A stretch of DNA of 64,000 bases from Sphaerodactylus townsendi (lineage: Eukaryota), in contig NC_059433.1 of NCBI RefSeq assembly GCF_021028975.2, positions 32,798,001-32,862,000 of the forward strand. Direction: 5' to 3'. Below are positions 35,057 to 48,800 of this stretch, one piece after another (position 1 is the first letter of the stretch; each line of letters opens with the position of its first letter). A program made the translations under genes and the position numbers. Below the pieces are notes generated by a model that was not told where the DNA came from, ran no database searches, and was given only the letters and a program-made list of their open reading frames with translations.

Positions 35057-36850
35057 ACAATAACAACAAAAGACCTTTATTAGGCAGAAGTATCCAGGAT
35101 AAAATCACAAAAGAGGCAAATATAATGAGACAGATTAGGTTTCTCTTACCTACAAAACCTGCAGCAAATACTGGGCTGTATTCCCTAGCATCACTGGTGA
35201 GTAGTTTTAAGGTACTAGGTTTAGGCGAGCAGTTGCGTATCAACTGTGACAATAAGGCTTCCCTGAGAGGCTTATATTTTGGGCAGTAGAACAAGATGTG
35301 TTCAAGCATTTCAATGCAAGTTGGGCAATGTGGACATACTCTGTCAGAAAGAGGGGAATTCTCAAACCTACCCTGTAACAAGGCTGGAGAGAAAACATTG
35401 CATCTGGCTCTGATCCAATGTTGCCTAGGATCAGCAAGATGCCATAGGTATGTGGCCATCTTGCCAGCCACTGGATTAATACCAAGGAACAAAGGGGAGC
35501 ATGAGGTTCTTGCATGATCTTGGTCAAGTAGTCTTGTTCTAACCACCCTTAATATTTCTTGGGGCTCCATCATAGCAAGGGCCTCCAGGGATAGGCCCAA
35601 GGAGGTAAGTTTACCAATAATTGTGCTCCACCATTCCAAGGCTTGTAGATCAGGTAGGGCCCTGTACAGTAGGCTGTTAGGTTCAGTATAGAAACACAAC
35701 CTTAACCAGAACTTGAAAGTAAGTAACCATGCTCTAGTTGTTAACAAGTGAAGGCCAGTCTCTAAGAATAGAACCACATATGGGACACAATGGGGTACTC
35801 CAAAAATTCTGTATAGAAACCATGATTGGACCCTTTCTACTGATTTGTTCCATGCACCGATTCATTTCTGTGATGGACCCACTTAACATTGGATTGGAAA
35901 TAGATCCCCAGGTATTTAAAGAATTTCACCTGTTCGATAGTCGTTCCATGTAGGGTCGATCTATGGAGATTAAACTTATTTGAAAATACCAACATTTTGG
36001 CTTTTGTGGTATTTAAATTAATAGGTTAGCTGCACAATAATCAGTGCACTTTATCATGAGGTGGTTAAGCCCTGCTCTAGACCTTGAGAGCAGAATCACA
36101 TCATCTGCATAGGGCAGGATGGGAATTAAAGTATTATCCACATCCACAGTGTGGGAGCCAGGTCATTTAAGAATAGTGTTGGAGCCAGAATGCAGCCTTG
36201 TTTCACCCCACTCATTATTGTAATTTTAGAGGTAAGCTTCCCTGCCTGGGAACACTTGACTTGACAAGAGGTATCAAAGTATAGTAGTCTTATCAAAGTA
36301 AGTAGTCTTTTTTCTATATCCAAACTTTCAAGTTTCAGCCGCAGCCAATTCCTGTCCACTGAATCAAATGCCCCCTTCAGGTCGAGAAAGGCAATATACA
36401 GTTTGAAGCAACCTTTCTAATATATTTGGAGAGTATTAGATCCAGAAGCATACAGTGGCAAAGGCGGAGCGAGGGGAAACTGCGCCTGGGGCACATGTGC
36501 GCCCCGCGCCCCTGCTGCAGCGCCACACCCCCCCAACCCGGAATGCCTCCGCCATGCCCCCGCCATGCCACCACCCCAGGCATTGAACCCCCCCATCGGC
36601 TCTATGCCACTGTACAGTGGTGAAGCATGGAATACCCTTTCCTAAAGCCGATTTGTTCCTTCCCCAAGATCTTGTTATGCTCAATTCATTTGCGTAACCA
36701 GTTGAGCAAAAATTTTGCACATAGTTTTCCTGAAACTGATAGCTGGCCAGTTGACCTATATTTGGCTGGTAGATCAGGGTCACCCTTTTCGAATACAGAG
36801 ACAAGAAATTTCTTATGGCCCATTCAGACAGTCTGTAATACTACTTAAGG
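35057..36850 (-). mobile_element. 5'-truncated non-LTR retrotransposon (RTE-X-like)
   Basis: RT motifs FLDLKGAFDSVDR, GVKQGCILAP and YADD (about 36101-36112). C-terminal knuckle CPHCPTCIEMLEHILFYC. 3' end aataaaggtc(ttg)n. Confidence 0.85.
36459..36612 (-). mobile_element. hAT MITE (same family as 13171-13341) nested in the LINE RT
   Basis: Perfect 8-bp TSD tacagtgg (36451-36458, 36613-36620). Ends caaaggcggagcg / ctatgccactg. Confidence 0.88.
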
Positions 36851-39800
36851 TTAACAGGCCCATTCATAAGCTGGGTGCCCAGTTGCGGCACCACAGCTGC
36901 ACCCTGGCTGGCACCCTCAAATAGGCTTACCAGCAGTGCAGGAAAGACAAAAAGCCTCCCTGCCTCTGAGAAGCCTCAATGAGCTGCACTGCACTTACGC
37001 CAGCCAAAAGGCTGGCCTAAGTGCAGGCTGCAGCCCACCGGCTGACTAATGTTGGCTCCTCCCCTGGTCTGCCTCTGCTACACCAGCGGAGGTGCACGGA
37101 TGCTACTGCTGTGTTCTGCACCTTTTCTACCACTGGGGGAGGGTGACAGCAGCTGCGCAGAGGTGATTTTGCCCCTCTGCCAGGGTAAGTGCGTTGCAGA
37201 GGATGAATTTGTCGGCAAAGCTGCCCCACCACTCCAGTGGCAGATTCTCACTCCCTCCTTTGGATGGGGCTCTAAGATAGTGCCTTTGCAGTGGTCAAAG
37301 CATTTCCAAAATAATCCTTCTGGATGTTTTACAACCACGCTGTATTTTACATTAATATGAATACTCTCACAATGCAGAAAGGTCAGGTGGGTGGAAGAAT
37401 AGCTTAAGGACACCTAGGTCACTACATAGGTGAGTTGAGATTGAATATCAGAGCTCATACTCTTAGGCACCACACTACACTAGGGTGTTGCATGAAGACA
37501 TAAAATTGTCTGTAGCATGGCTTCATTTTGGAATACTCAAAGGATAGTTGTATTCACAGTATTGCTCAAATGACTTTCATTGAAAAGCAATTAAAAGCTC
37601 TGAAAATCTCATAACTCAGGGGGATGACATAACACATTAAATTGCAATGCTCAGTGAGGTCACACCTGTGAATTATGAGGTGAATTCAGAACAGTTATTC
37701 ATAAATTATAATCATATTTTGAATGCTATCTAAAACCTTTCTGTTGATAAGAGGTAATGTGATTACTTATATAGCTAAAAGTACTTACTAATTGCACATA
37801 TTATATGGTTTCAAAGAAGAATAAGGAAGTTCTTTTTTCTGAATGGCATACATCTTTTCATAGAAGATAAACAATTCTATGCTGCTGTATGAATAACTCA
37901 TAATGCATACTAGTGTGATTATCCTGTGACAACCACACCTTGTGTTGAGTCTAATTGCTCAATTATCTTGTGCTATATCAACCAGAAACAAACTCTCACT
38001 TGGTCTAAGGAGAAAAAACCTCCAAAGCAAGGAGTATGCTCAGAAGCAAATTGCAACTGTACATTGTGGATTTTGACCTCCGCCTCCCTTACATGTACAT
38101 GTATAATTTCATGACCATTAACAGAGTCATTGAATAGCTCTGTGCATATACATAACTTTCATTATGCTTGTATATTGTTATGTACACATACAAGTGTGTT
38201 CAGCTTTAGAATCTGGATAGCAGAGTCAGATCTTTAGCCATTTGGATCATCCTGGACTATTAAAGGCAATGTTGCTATGGCGATTCAATTGGTACTGAGA
38301 CCTATGACCCATATGATCTGCATCTGTGAAAATCAGCAGTAAAACCCTCAAATTATGTAGAGAGGCTGCAGATGAAGAACCATGCTTAGTCTTCTGTCTC
38401 CTGTTCAGCTGCTTTTAAATTTTAATAGAAACAAATCTTATAGTATAGAACTGGCATAAGGTCACCTGTCTAGAACAGATTGCTGTGGAGTTGTTTCCTC
38501 ACTACTCTGAGGGACAAAAGGGCAGAAACACCCTCAGGGATTTCCCAAATGACCTCTTTAGCAAATAAAGTTAGACCCTACATACAGAGGCCATTTCACC
38601 AAGCTCTATGAGCTATCTCTGTAGGAACCAATATAGATTTTTTTCCCCTTGGCACATCACTGGCTTGAACTCTATTTTTGAAAAAGTGGCTGGAAGTTAT
38701 GGGAAGATAAAGACCAAATAACAAAGACCAGATAAAAACTAAACAAGTGTTTCAGTTCATATTGCTGAAGGTATCAGCCAGAGACACATCAAAGGGACAC
38801 CCACTGGCGCCATGAAAATTCATCTTCATATGCATAACTCACTCACTTTGCCTTGGAAAACTCTGAAAATTCTAGAAGTGGAATGTACACAAAAAGACTC
38901 CTCTGGGGAAAAGAGGAAAAATGGGGCTTTTCTTTATATCTGCAATTTTAAGACTTTAAACCACATTGACTCAAAATTACCATCAAATTGTCTGAAATCA
39001 ATTGTCACAAAGATGCTCTCCTCCCCCCCCCTCTCTCCCCTTCTCTCTGTTATGGTTTTGTAGATTATTATTTTTTAACATCTTGGCACCTTGGCTCTGT
39101 AATTGGTTAAGAAATAACGTGCAAAACTCAAAAGTTAAGTTATAAAAAGACGTTTTAAAACAAATGATTTGACAGCTGCAAATGCTGGATAACACCTAGA
39201 TGCATTATACAAACAGTGTGGATAATTACTTCCCCCACCCCCCAAAGGAAAGGCTCTGTGGACCAAGGTCCTATCTGAATTTCCTTACAGTGCAGTTAAC
39301 GTGCTGTAATCCAAATCCTGCTGTCACCTCAACCTCAGTCTCTTTATCATCCATACATCAGTAAGAATGACGGGCGACGTCCCATGATTCCAGCAGTCTC
39401 CCTTTGAAGGATCCACATGTTAATTACTGCACTAATTATGGTTTTTGAATAACCAAATGAAGTAAGCAGTCTATGGGAAGTTCAGGCAAAAACCTGAGGC
39501 TGAGAAAATACTGGTTAGTACATTCATCAGTGTAAACTGACACACTGAACATGCTTAAAAGAAGTAGAGGAAGAACATTTTATAAGACAAGCATCTTCAG
39601 TAATTAGAGTCCCAANNNNNNNNNNNNNNNNNNNNNNNNNNNNNNNNNNNNNNNNNNNNNNNNNNNNNNNNNNNNNNNNNNNNNNNNNNNNNNNNNNNNN
39701 NNNNNNNNNNNNNNNNNNNNNNNNNNNNNNNNNNNNNNNNNNNNNNNNNNNNNNNNNNNNNNNNNNNNNNNNNNNNNNNNNNNNNNNNNNNNNNNNNNNN

Positions 39801-42800
39801 NNNNNNNNNNNNNNNNNNNNNNNNNNNNNNNNNNNNNNNNNNNNNNNNNNNNNNNNNNNNNNNNNNNNNNNNNNNNNNNNNNNNNNNNNNNNNNNNNNNN
39901 NNNNNNNNNNNNNNNGCCTCTATTTAGTCAAGAGTTTCCTTGACAGTAAAAATTGCTTGGAATTTTTACAGCTGCCACACAAAAAAACAGTATCAGATGC
40001 TGTGTTCTTGGAAGATCTGGCAGTAAAACTAATTGAAAAATGTGGGTTGTTTAACCCTTAATATTCTAAATGAAAAGGAATAACAAGATTTCAGTTTGTG
40101 ATACCATGGCCTTTCCCATTTATTAAAAATTAAAATGAATGTTTATGCTGTTCTTACTAATTAAAGGAAGATTGCTTCATGGTGGAGCTTTGAGGGGAGT
40201 GAGCACAAAACAGTTCTCTTTCTTCCTACATTTTCCATTTTAATCAGTTCCAAATCTAGGTGTTCTGCTTGGTTTTCCCCCTTCCTTTTACACACATTAT
40301 GCCAGTACAGACACACTGTAAGTAATTTATTTTTCACATTGCTAACTAGCACTGCAAGAGCCATGGGGGGAAACCCACAAAGAAGTTCAGCTTATTTGAA
40401 AAAAAATGGATACACACTAACTAAAAGCTGTATAAACCTCAAGGGTCGGGGGGGGGGGGGAGGAGGGAAGGGGACATCCCCTGATACTCAGGGTAAAATT
40501 GAGGGGATTACTGATAATATAGTACAGGGGAAACAAAAACTTGTTTAAATATCCTTGCACTTCTGTTATCTTTAATGCAATTTAAAACGACTTTTCAAAA
40601 TATTTTTCAGATAATAGCTTAGTTTATAAACCCACAAAGCTTTATGTCAAATCTCAGGAGGGATAACTTTGATTACCAGAGTAATTAATGATGCTGGATA
40701 GTAATATGGATTTTCTGTTAAGATTTGAGTTGGAACTTAATTAGTCTTCACATTATGATTTGCTGATTAATTATGGATATTTAGTTATAAAGAGAGATGT
40801 TAATTATTAATCTAAAAAACCATCTAGTATAATTAACTAAACTCTAGGTGTCGGCTGTCCTTTGCCTTTTGGGTAATGTGTGTTTGTATATCATTCCATG
40901 TAGCACATTCCGGATTCCTCCAACTAGCAATCATAAGTGGACCAACTTTAATGAATTAAAATAAACCTGTTAAAAGGCCAACCAACCTTGAACTTCCTTC
41001 TGTTTTTATTATTGTTTCAGCACCGTTTTGCCTATTCTTACAATACAGTTCATGTAATCTTTGTGGGGGGGGGGGACGGGGAAGATGGGCCATAAAATAA
41101 ATTCCAGTATGGGTTTTAACTTGGCATAATGTTGAAATCATGTCTTAATTTTTGAGCTGTAATGTTCCCTTATGATTGATGGTCTTCGTCAGTTTCCATG
41201 TTAAGCTGCAAAATGAGCCTCAGCATTGTTGAAGATATCTTTATTTCCCAACCAGCTGCTTTTAGCAATGCCAAAAAAATATTAAAGCGGAACCACTAAT
41301 TAGCATAATACAGTAATTCACATATAGCACCTTAGGGTTTTTTTAAAAAGTCATGCTTTTCTTTGCTCATTTTGCCCTTATTTGTATGGGAAAAAATCTA
41401 TCACAAAAGAGGAGGGGACTGAAATTAGAAAAAAGGGGTTAAACTCAGAAAGCGTCATCAGCATTTCAATATCTTGGAATTTACCCTAGTAACNNNNNNN
41501 NNNNNNNNNNNNNNNNNNNNNNNNNNNNNNNNNNNNNNNNNNNNNNNNNNNNNNNNNNNNNNNNNNNNNNNNNNNNNNNNNNNNNNNNNNNNNNNNNNNN
41601 NNNNNNNNNNNNNNNNNNNNNNNNNNNNNNNNNNCCATAGTGGGAGGTTTTGCTNNNNNNNNNNNNNNNNNNNNNNNNNNNNNNNNNNNNNNNNNNNNNN
41701 NNNNNNNNNNNNNNNNNNNNNNNNNNNNNNNNNNNNNNNNNNNNNNNNNNNNNNNNNNNNNNNNNNNNNNNNNNNNNNNNNNNNNNNNNNNNNNNNNNNN
41801 NNGCTTGACGCTGCCAAAGACAATCCATGTCATTATATAAGCAATTCCCTCTTACTTACTTCCTAAGAAGCAATTAGGTGGTCAAAGGCAGCAGCCCAAA
41901 AATAGTGAAAATACTTCTGGCATCAGCTGACAACTCAGAAAGATAAATAAAATATGATACTTAAATTATTACCACTTTGCTTTCATGAATCATGGGATTA
42001 AAACTTTCACTTCCAAAAGTACATACAAATTGTAGGGTTTCTTTGACCTATAATTTGCAAAAAAATAGAGCTTAACTACTAGCTAATATGTCAACTCACA
42101 CTCACCTTGGGAAAACACTTGGTAAACACACTACCCTTTGTCATATTCATGAACTGCATGGCTAAGCATCAATAATGTGGGGCAGGAGATGCTTATTCAA
42201 AATATATATTGCCATCTACTTAAATAGTTTATTGCTTGGATTCTAGCTTGCATATACATATTTTAGACAGAATATAGAGGGAAAATTCCAGGAATACATC
42301 ACATATTTTGTCTACTCTGCACCTACTCAATCCTAGGTCAATTACACACAAGGCATCTGCTGTGTGATGGGAGAAAACGTCTGTTGCAGCAAGATGTCTT
42401 GTACGGATGTATTTCCTCAAGCCCCGCTTTCACTTTCTAACCTCCCCGCCATGAGCGAAACCACTTGTAGCATGGATTTTGCTTTGCTGCCAGAGCAGGC
42501 AAATTTTCCAGTGAGCACAGCTTTGCCCCAGACATCTTCCCGCTGCCCTTGGCCAGTCCGCCTAGTTCCACTGTTCCCATTTCTTGCACTGCCATCCATG
42601 CCTTCCCCCTTGCCCTGCTCCATGTTACTGGCTCCTTCCTGTTTCTCTAAGGCTCATTTCGATTTATCTATGTATCGATATAACTGAGTTGGCTTTAGCA
42701 AGGAACAGTACAAGCAGGGTCTGTTTGAGACTCCAGCCCACCTCCTCTGCTCTGCTTCCACCCTTTTTAAAACTTTTTTTTAAGACAAGCCTCTTTTCAA

Positions 42801-42821
42801 AACAAGCCTCTCTTTGCTGGC

Positions 42822-42849
42822 GTGTGTGTGTGTGTGTGTGTGTGTGAGT

Positions 42850-42904
<55 letters not shown>
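42822..42904. repeat. Compound (TG)n(AG)n microsatellite
   Basis: Direct observation. Confidence 0.97.
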
Positions 42905-42908
<4 letters not shown>

Positions 42909-45900
42909 TCTGTGGAGGGGAAGAGGGGGGAGAAAAAAATCAACTGTATAGCATTGGAACCACTGAGTATCAGATCTGTGTCTTTAAGAGGGGCAGTGTT
43001 AAGAGAACCAGGAAACAGAGGCCTGTTGAGACTAGCTGCAAGAAGGACTGGGCTGCCTCCTTGCATGTAAACAGAGAAACATGAGGAGACCACACTCCAG
43101 CCCCACTGTGCAGCTAAAAAGCCCCAGGTAAGTGTTCCATGAGTAACAGGCCCTTGATTTAAACAAGACCAGATGCATCCAGGTGTATATAATTCTCCCA
43201 CCTTTGCTCCATTAAAAAATGTATGTAGATCTCAATGCAAAAGTAATCAAGAAGTGACCAACAATTTTCTACACTATGAACCTCGGATGACCAGTGGCAT
43301 CCAGTCCATAATGCATCTATTCACTGTAATTCATTGTAATTTTAACAGGACCTTAGCCACTTACTCCTCACATGTCTCACTTTTACCCAAAGAGATCTAC
43401 ACACGCCATGGTTCCGGTATGGTTTTCATACGCATACATGGTTTTGCCATGGTTTTCATACACATACATATGTTCTTGAGGATAGACGTGTGTGTCCATG
43501 TTTGAACAAAGGACAATAACTGCAAATAATTTTTGGCAAGAGTGAAATTCCCAGCTCTCAGACATACCTTCTCCTTCTTAGTTTCTTGTTTTCTATAAAC
43601 TCATTACAGGCATTTTGTAGTCCATACAATAACCCAGGAGAAAGGACAAAAAAGACATTCTTCTTCTTGACACTAATACTTATAGATACAACTGTACAAT
43701 AATATCATTTCCTATCACAAAATATCTCAACCAGCAGAATTCTCCAGTCCAAAGAAGTTTGTAATGCATTCCATGGGCAAAGCAAAGCCCAATCTCAAGG
43801 AGCTCCTAGTGGAATTTTCAAGCTGTAATATACAACCATTACAAGTATAATGGTCATTAGCTGTGCGGCTATGGCTCCTTTTTATTCTGTGGCACTTTAA
43901 GGTTCTTTTAAATTATTATCATTGTTATTCTCAAATGTGCCTGCTGCCACACAGAAATAAATGTATGTTATTTACTGTTTATTGAATATAACCATTAATA
44001 CATTTGTTACAGACTAAATATAGTCCATTGGACCTCCAGCAAAATTCAGTGGCTTCTATTCATTCAATCATTATATACCCAGACTTCAATTTCACATAGC
44101 TGAATAACTTTGGTCTGCATATTAATGTGGTTATTGTTTAGTTGGATGGCATGGATGCTGATAAACAGAATGGGAAATAAGAAGAGTAGCTGTATGGCAG
44201 TGAAAAGTTGCCTTGGCAGGGGGTATAAATTGACCAGGAGCAGTCATGAAAGGGCATGTAGAAATTAGCTGAACCAGAGAATGGAGTACAGGAGAGTTAG
44301 AAACAGATTAATTTGGCAAAATAGGGAGTTACGAAAATTCCTGATATACTTATCCCATATTCCTATTAGCTCCATAAGATAAATTTACCACTTTGGTACC
44401 CTCTAGATTCTAAAATGTTGGCGTTGCAGGAAGATGCTTACTTGGGACAGAAGTCAAAATCTTGGAATGGGGATTACAGAAACAGGGAAGACAGTTTTGG
44501 AGAACTGTGGAAGGAAGCCCAACAAGGCAGAATCGGGGTTACAGGGGAGCTTTAGAGGATCATGGGTTATGATTGACAGCACAGGAGGAAGACAAGCAGG
44601 TCTGAGCGAGACTGAAGAGCTGTAGTTGACAGGCAGGACCCATAAGGCTGAGTCTCCTCGCCCAGTTTATTGGCCTGCACACATTCCATGTATCTGCCAT
44701 GGGACCTACTAGACAGGGAAAAAAGGCATTTCCTCGATCTAGAATGTACATCACAGTGACTTTGGTAGCTGCTTCTCAAAAACAACCAAATCTGGTGTTT
44801 TCATGTTTCTTCTACAGGCTACTGAAAAGGCTGGAGTGAGAAATTAGTAGGTCTGATCACAGCAACATGTTGTGTAAACTGTATTGTTTTACAAAATATG
44901 CCATCAGGAAAAATGCATTACATCTAATAAGGCAAAATGATGTGATTCATTGCTTAATTTCAGGGTACCAGGCTATAAAGTATATCAAGCCTGCCACAAC
45001 TAATTTTTGCAGTAGCACGCTATATGAAAAATGAAATGTCCAAGTGGCTACAAGTGAAAAGCTTCCATTTTTCTTCTGTGAATGAATATTACTTACTCTA
45101 ATGATGTATAATAGCCTCCAACTACATTTAACCTGTGTATAAAATGGCAGCACAAACTGTTTACCTAGAGTTATGAAGAAAAAAAATAGCAAATCAAGCA
45201 AAGGAATCTGGAGTGTGTACATTAACCTCCCACACGCCAACATAATTTCCCCCTACAGATGATCTATAACAGTGTCTCCATATCACATTTATTTATTTAT
45301 TTTTGCATTGTGCACAATAGTTTAAGCTTCAAGTATCTAATGTGTCAAAGCATGTGTGATAAATTGATGCCAAAATGTAGCTAATTAATAAGTCTGATGT
45401 TGTTTAGAGTTAAACAGATGCTGTTTCAACTGCAGCTATTAAAATATAATTATACCCTGTATTCCTCAAATGCACAGGTATGATATAAATTAAAACACAT
45501 TAAAGAGAAAAAAACAAATGATGACCTGCATGTTTTTTTTGAAAAGCATATCCTTAAACATATAGTCTTAGCTTCTATAGTCATCTATAAATGGAATGAA
45601 CGTGGATAAGAAAAAGGCAGCAATGAAGGAAACATATAGCCTGCATTTGGTTTTCTTTTTGGTTTGCAATAAATGTACGGACTGGTGGAATATACTATTC
45701 CTAATAAGAAGTGAAAATCCTTAATCAACCCTTCAAGTTTTCCATCTAACCTAAAGCAATATTTAGCTACTGAGTAGTGAACAGATATGATTTTTATGGT
45801 TACAGTAACTCTGGGTTGCAAAGCACAACAAACAGAACAATGCCAGTAGTTTCTGGCGCATGTAGAGAGAACAACCATTTGACCACTTTTGTCTCTTTGC

Positions 45901-46814
45901 TGGGGAAACAAATGCTTATCACCTTCTTTCCTTTTCCATTGTTTGAAACGGACATATCTAGAGGGAGAGGGAACCAACTGATGTGGGGGGGGGGGGGGAA
46001 GAGGAGAAACCTTAAGTTAGAAAATTCTATCATTTTTGAAGTAAAGTTTTGGAGAATCTGATTAGGTCTCACACTGCAATACCAGGTATTCAGTTTTTGC
46101 CAAAGGGCCAGCTATTATTATTAACATCATTTGTCTGAATCATTACTCTGCACCTTGGTTCAGCAAACACTATGAAGATGGCATGGTAATAAATGACCGC
46201 AGGATTCTTTCCTGCTTCGGCCTGTTTTTATCTGCCACCTCTCTACCGTCAGCTCCATCTTTCTGAACCTCTCTGAATCCCCAACAGGGACGGGGCGTCT
46301 ATTTGTTTTCCACTAGGTTACCACACTGTCTATTGTTGTTTGCACTAAAGGGTACAAATTCAATTCATTCTTGTGACATAAAAGCACTGATACAGTAAAT
46401 TTTTTGCCCAAGAGAAAACACAAACAAAGTTGCTGAATACAGGCTGTGATGTGAACTGCTTTCATGTATGTGATGGAGCTTTCCACGACAGTGTTACTTA
46501 CTGAAAGCTGTTTCTGTTCCCCCTGGCACAGCAAATAGACCATTCTAAACTCGCATTAACCTTTGCAAATTGGCAGTCAGTGAAGAACAGTGAAAAGAGT
46601 GAAACTGTAAAACCTACAAGAGCAATACACAGATTTGCACGAACGGGGGCCCAAGTAATGAATTGCAAAGTTTAAAAAAAACAAACCCAGCCAGTCAACA
46701 AAAAAACCACTACTTCTTGCAGCACAAAAAAAGTTACTTGCTTTGTATGGACTGGAATAGGATAACAAAGGTGTGTATATGCAACTGAGAAGAGAGACAG
46801 AACAATGTATTCTT

Positions 46815-47024
46815 GAAGACTTTCATGGCCGGTATCACTAGGATGTTGTGGGTTTTCTGGGTTGTGTGGCTGTGTTCCAGTAGTATTTTCTCCTGATGTT
46901 TCAGCTGCATCTGTGGCTGGCATCTTCATCCTCTGAAGATGCCAGCCACAGATGCAGGCGAAACGTCAGGAGAAAATACTGTTGGAACACAGCCACACAA
47001 CCAGGAAAACCCACAACATCCTAG
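46815..47024. mobile_element. Penelope-like element pLTR fragments in inverted (fold-back) arrangement
   Basis: Arms of about 90 bp at 46838-46928 and 46934-47024 (ctaggatgttgtggg...cccacaacatcctag). The ctgaagatgccagccacagatgcaggcgaaacgtcagg motif is typical of squamate Penelope ends. Confidence 0.85.
46929..46971 (+). ncRNA. Minimal type I hammerhead ribozyme motif
   Basis: Helix I UCCU/AGGA, core CUGAAGA, helix II GCC-N13-GGC, GAAA, palindromic helix III (ACGU), cleavage triplet GUC (46965-46967). Confidence 0.75.
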
Positions 47025-48075
47025 AGATAAAACACTTTCAAAATTTAGATGGCAATGGTGGAATGGAATCAGATTTGATTCCAGTTATTTCTCTGTGATC
47101 TAAAATTTACAGCAATCTAAGTGTTGTAAAATCCAAATATGGGGTGAGATTGTTTATCTTCTGAACGAGTCAACCAAGTGAATGAATTGCGGATGCTATT
47201 CGTATGTTTCATTTCATCAGAAGGTAAAAATTAATTAAAAAACTAAATGGCATAATGCATATATCTTAGATGAATGATAAAACAGCAGTACTTTCCACTC
47301 TAGCAGAAATGAACTTGAGGAAATACAACATATTTTATAGCCAAGTCAATCACTTAGAAGCTCTCTCAGTGCCAAATATTTTGCCATCTCCTAAGGACAC
47401 ACTAAGAATGCAGGTTAAATGACGTCTATTCAGTACAATACATTTTAACGTTCCAATATGTATAAATGCTTCAAGCCTTGGGGAATTTAAGATATCTAAA
47501 TGCATTTAAGAAGCATAGTTAGCAGTTATTTCCACTGCCAAGGGAAACAGGTACCCCTCCCCCCAATATGCTGCTAAGAAGCGAAGTTGGTAAACCAAAG
47601 GAGAATACCAATTTCTTGCACAGTTGCTTGGACACAACCTTATAAAATGGTGCCTTCCTCATTCCTGCTGGAAGGAAAGATGTTTTACTTGAAAATCACT
47701 GGCTAATNNNNNNNNNNNNNNNNNNNNNNNNNNNNNNNNNNNNNNNNNNNNNNNNNNNNNNNNNNNNNNNNNNNNNNNNNNNNNNNNNNNNNNNNNNNNN
47801 NNNNNNNNNNNNNNNNNNNNNNNNNNNNNNNNNNNNNNNNNNNNNNNCAGTTCTGTGAGTCATGGAGCTGTTAAAGATCAGAATTCCATCTGTCTAACAC
47901 AAACTAGCAAAACAAAAGGAAACTAATTAATAATTTGACAAATTACCCCAAGTTCTTTAAAAATTATTTCTTTTTGTGGAAAGGGAATTCATCGATTCTC
48001 TTTTCAATAAGGAGAGAGAAACAGTCCTGGGAGAAAATAAGATTCATATGTCATATCAAGCCAGTGTGGCGTACT

Positions 48076-48077
<2 letters not shown>

Positions 48078-48127
<50 letters not shown>

Positions 48128-48615
48128 AACAACAACAACAACAACGACGACAACGATAACGATAATAATTTAATATCCCCGAAGGGCTCAGGGCGGTGCA
48201 CAACATAAAAACATCATACATAAAATCGTCACAAAAAAATTCACCATAAATACAGTTAAAACAGCAGTTAATTCCTAATGCAGCATCCCACGAAACCCTT
48301 GCTTGAACCCTCCCCAGAAATATATATATAATGGGTCCCGATAGTGTGAGGGACCCATAGGGGCAGAAAGAAGGGGCAGGGGGCACCCTCAGTGGCCGGT
48401 CCCACCAAAGGCCCCACCAAAGGCCCGGTGGAACAACTCTGTCCTACAGGCCCTGCGGAATTCTCCAAGGTCCCGCAGGGCCCAAACAGCTGGAGGGAGA
48501 GTGTTCCACCAGGCCGGGGCCAGAGTCGTAAAGGCCCTGGCCCACGTCATTGAGGGGCCAGGGACTTCCAGCAAACTGGCCTCTGCCAAGTGCAGAGGCC
48601 GGACTGGGACACTAT
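48078..48615 (-). mobile_element. L2 LINE 3' fragment with (AAT)n/(TGT)n microsatellite tail
   Basis: ORF 48389-48589 RAFTTLAPAWWNTLP..WALRDLGEFRRACRTELFHRAF is an L2 ORF2 C-terminus. Tail repeat at 48078-48165. Confidence 0.88.
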
Positions 48616-48800
48616 GATTTGAATCTCTGCTCTGTCATGGGTGCTTGAAGGGTGACCTTGGGCCACTAACACGTTCTCAGCCTAACCTTCCTCACAGGGT
48701 TGTTGTGAGGATAAGATGGGTGAGAGGAGAACAATATCAGCTGTTTTGGGTCCACACTGAGGAGAAAGATGTGGTATTAATGAAATAAATAAAATAAATT
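48612..48800 (+). mobile_element. Old Squam3/CORE-type SINE; its head (about 48058-48075) is separated by the L2 insertion
   Basis: gggtgaccttgggccac...cctcacagggttgttgtgaggataa...aataaataaaataaa. The head fragment agccagtgtggcgta lies left of the L2. Confidence 0.7.

Noticed and set aside
35016-35777. 253-aa ORF as a host gene
   Set aside because: It is the C-terminal part of a truncated LINE ORF2, with upstream RT motifs and a LINE tail.
41635-41654. 20-bp island between two N gaps, and ORFs spanning N runs
   Set aside because: Scaffolding artefacts.
43406-43475. Two-copy tandem repeat of about 30 bp (catggtt...atggttttcatac.cata)
   Set aside because: Simple local duplication with no array or spacer structure; not CRISPR-like.
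47935-48386. Poly-L/Q/I/N ORFs (also poly-ER at 42848 and poly-E at 63588)
   Set aside because: Microsatellite translations.
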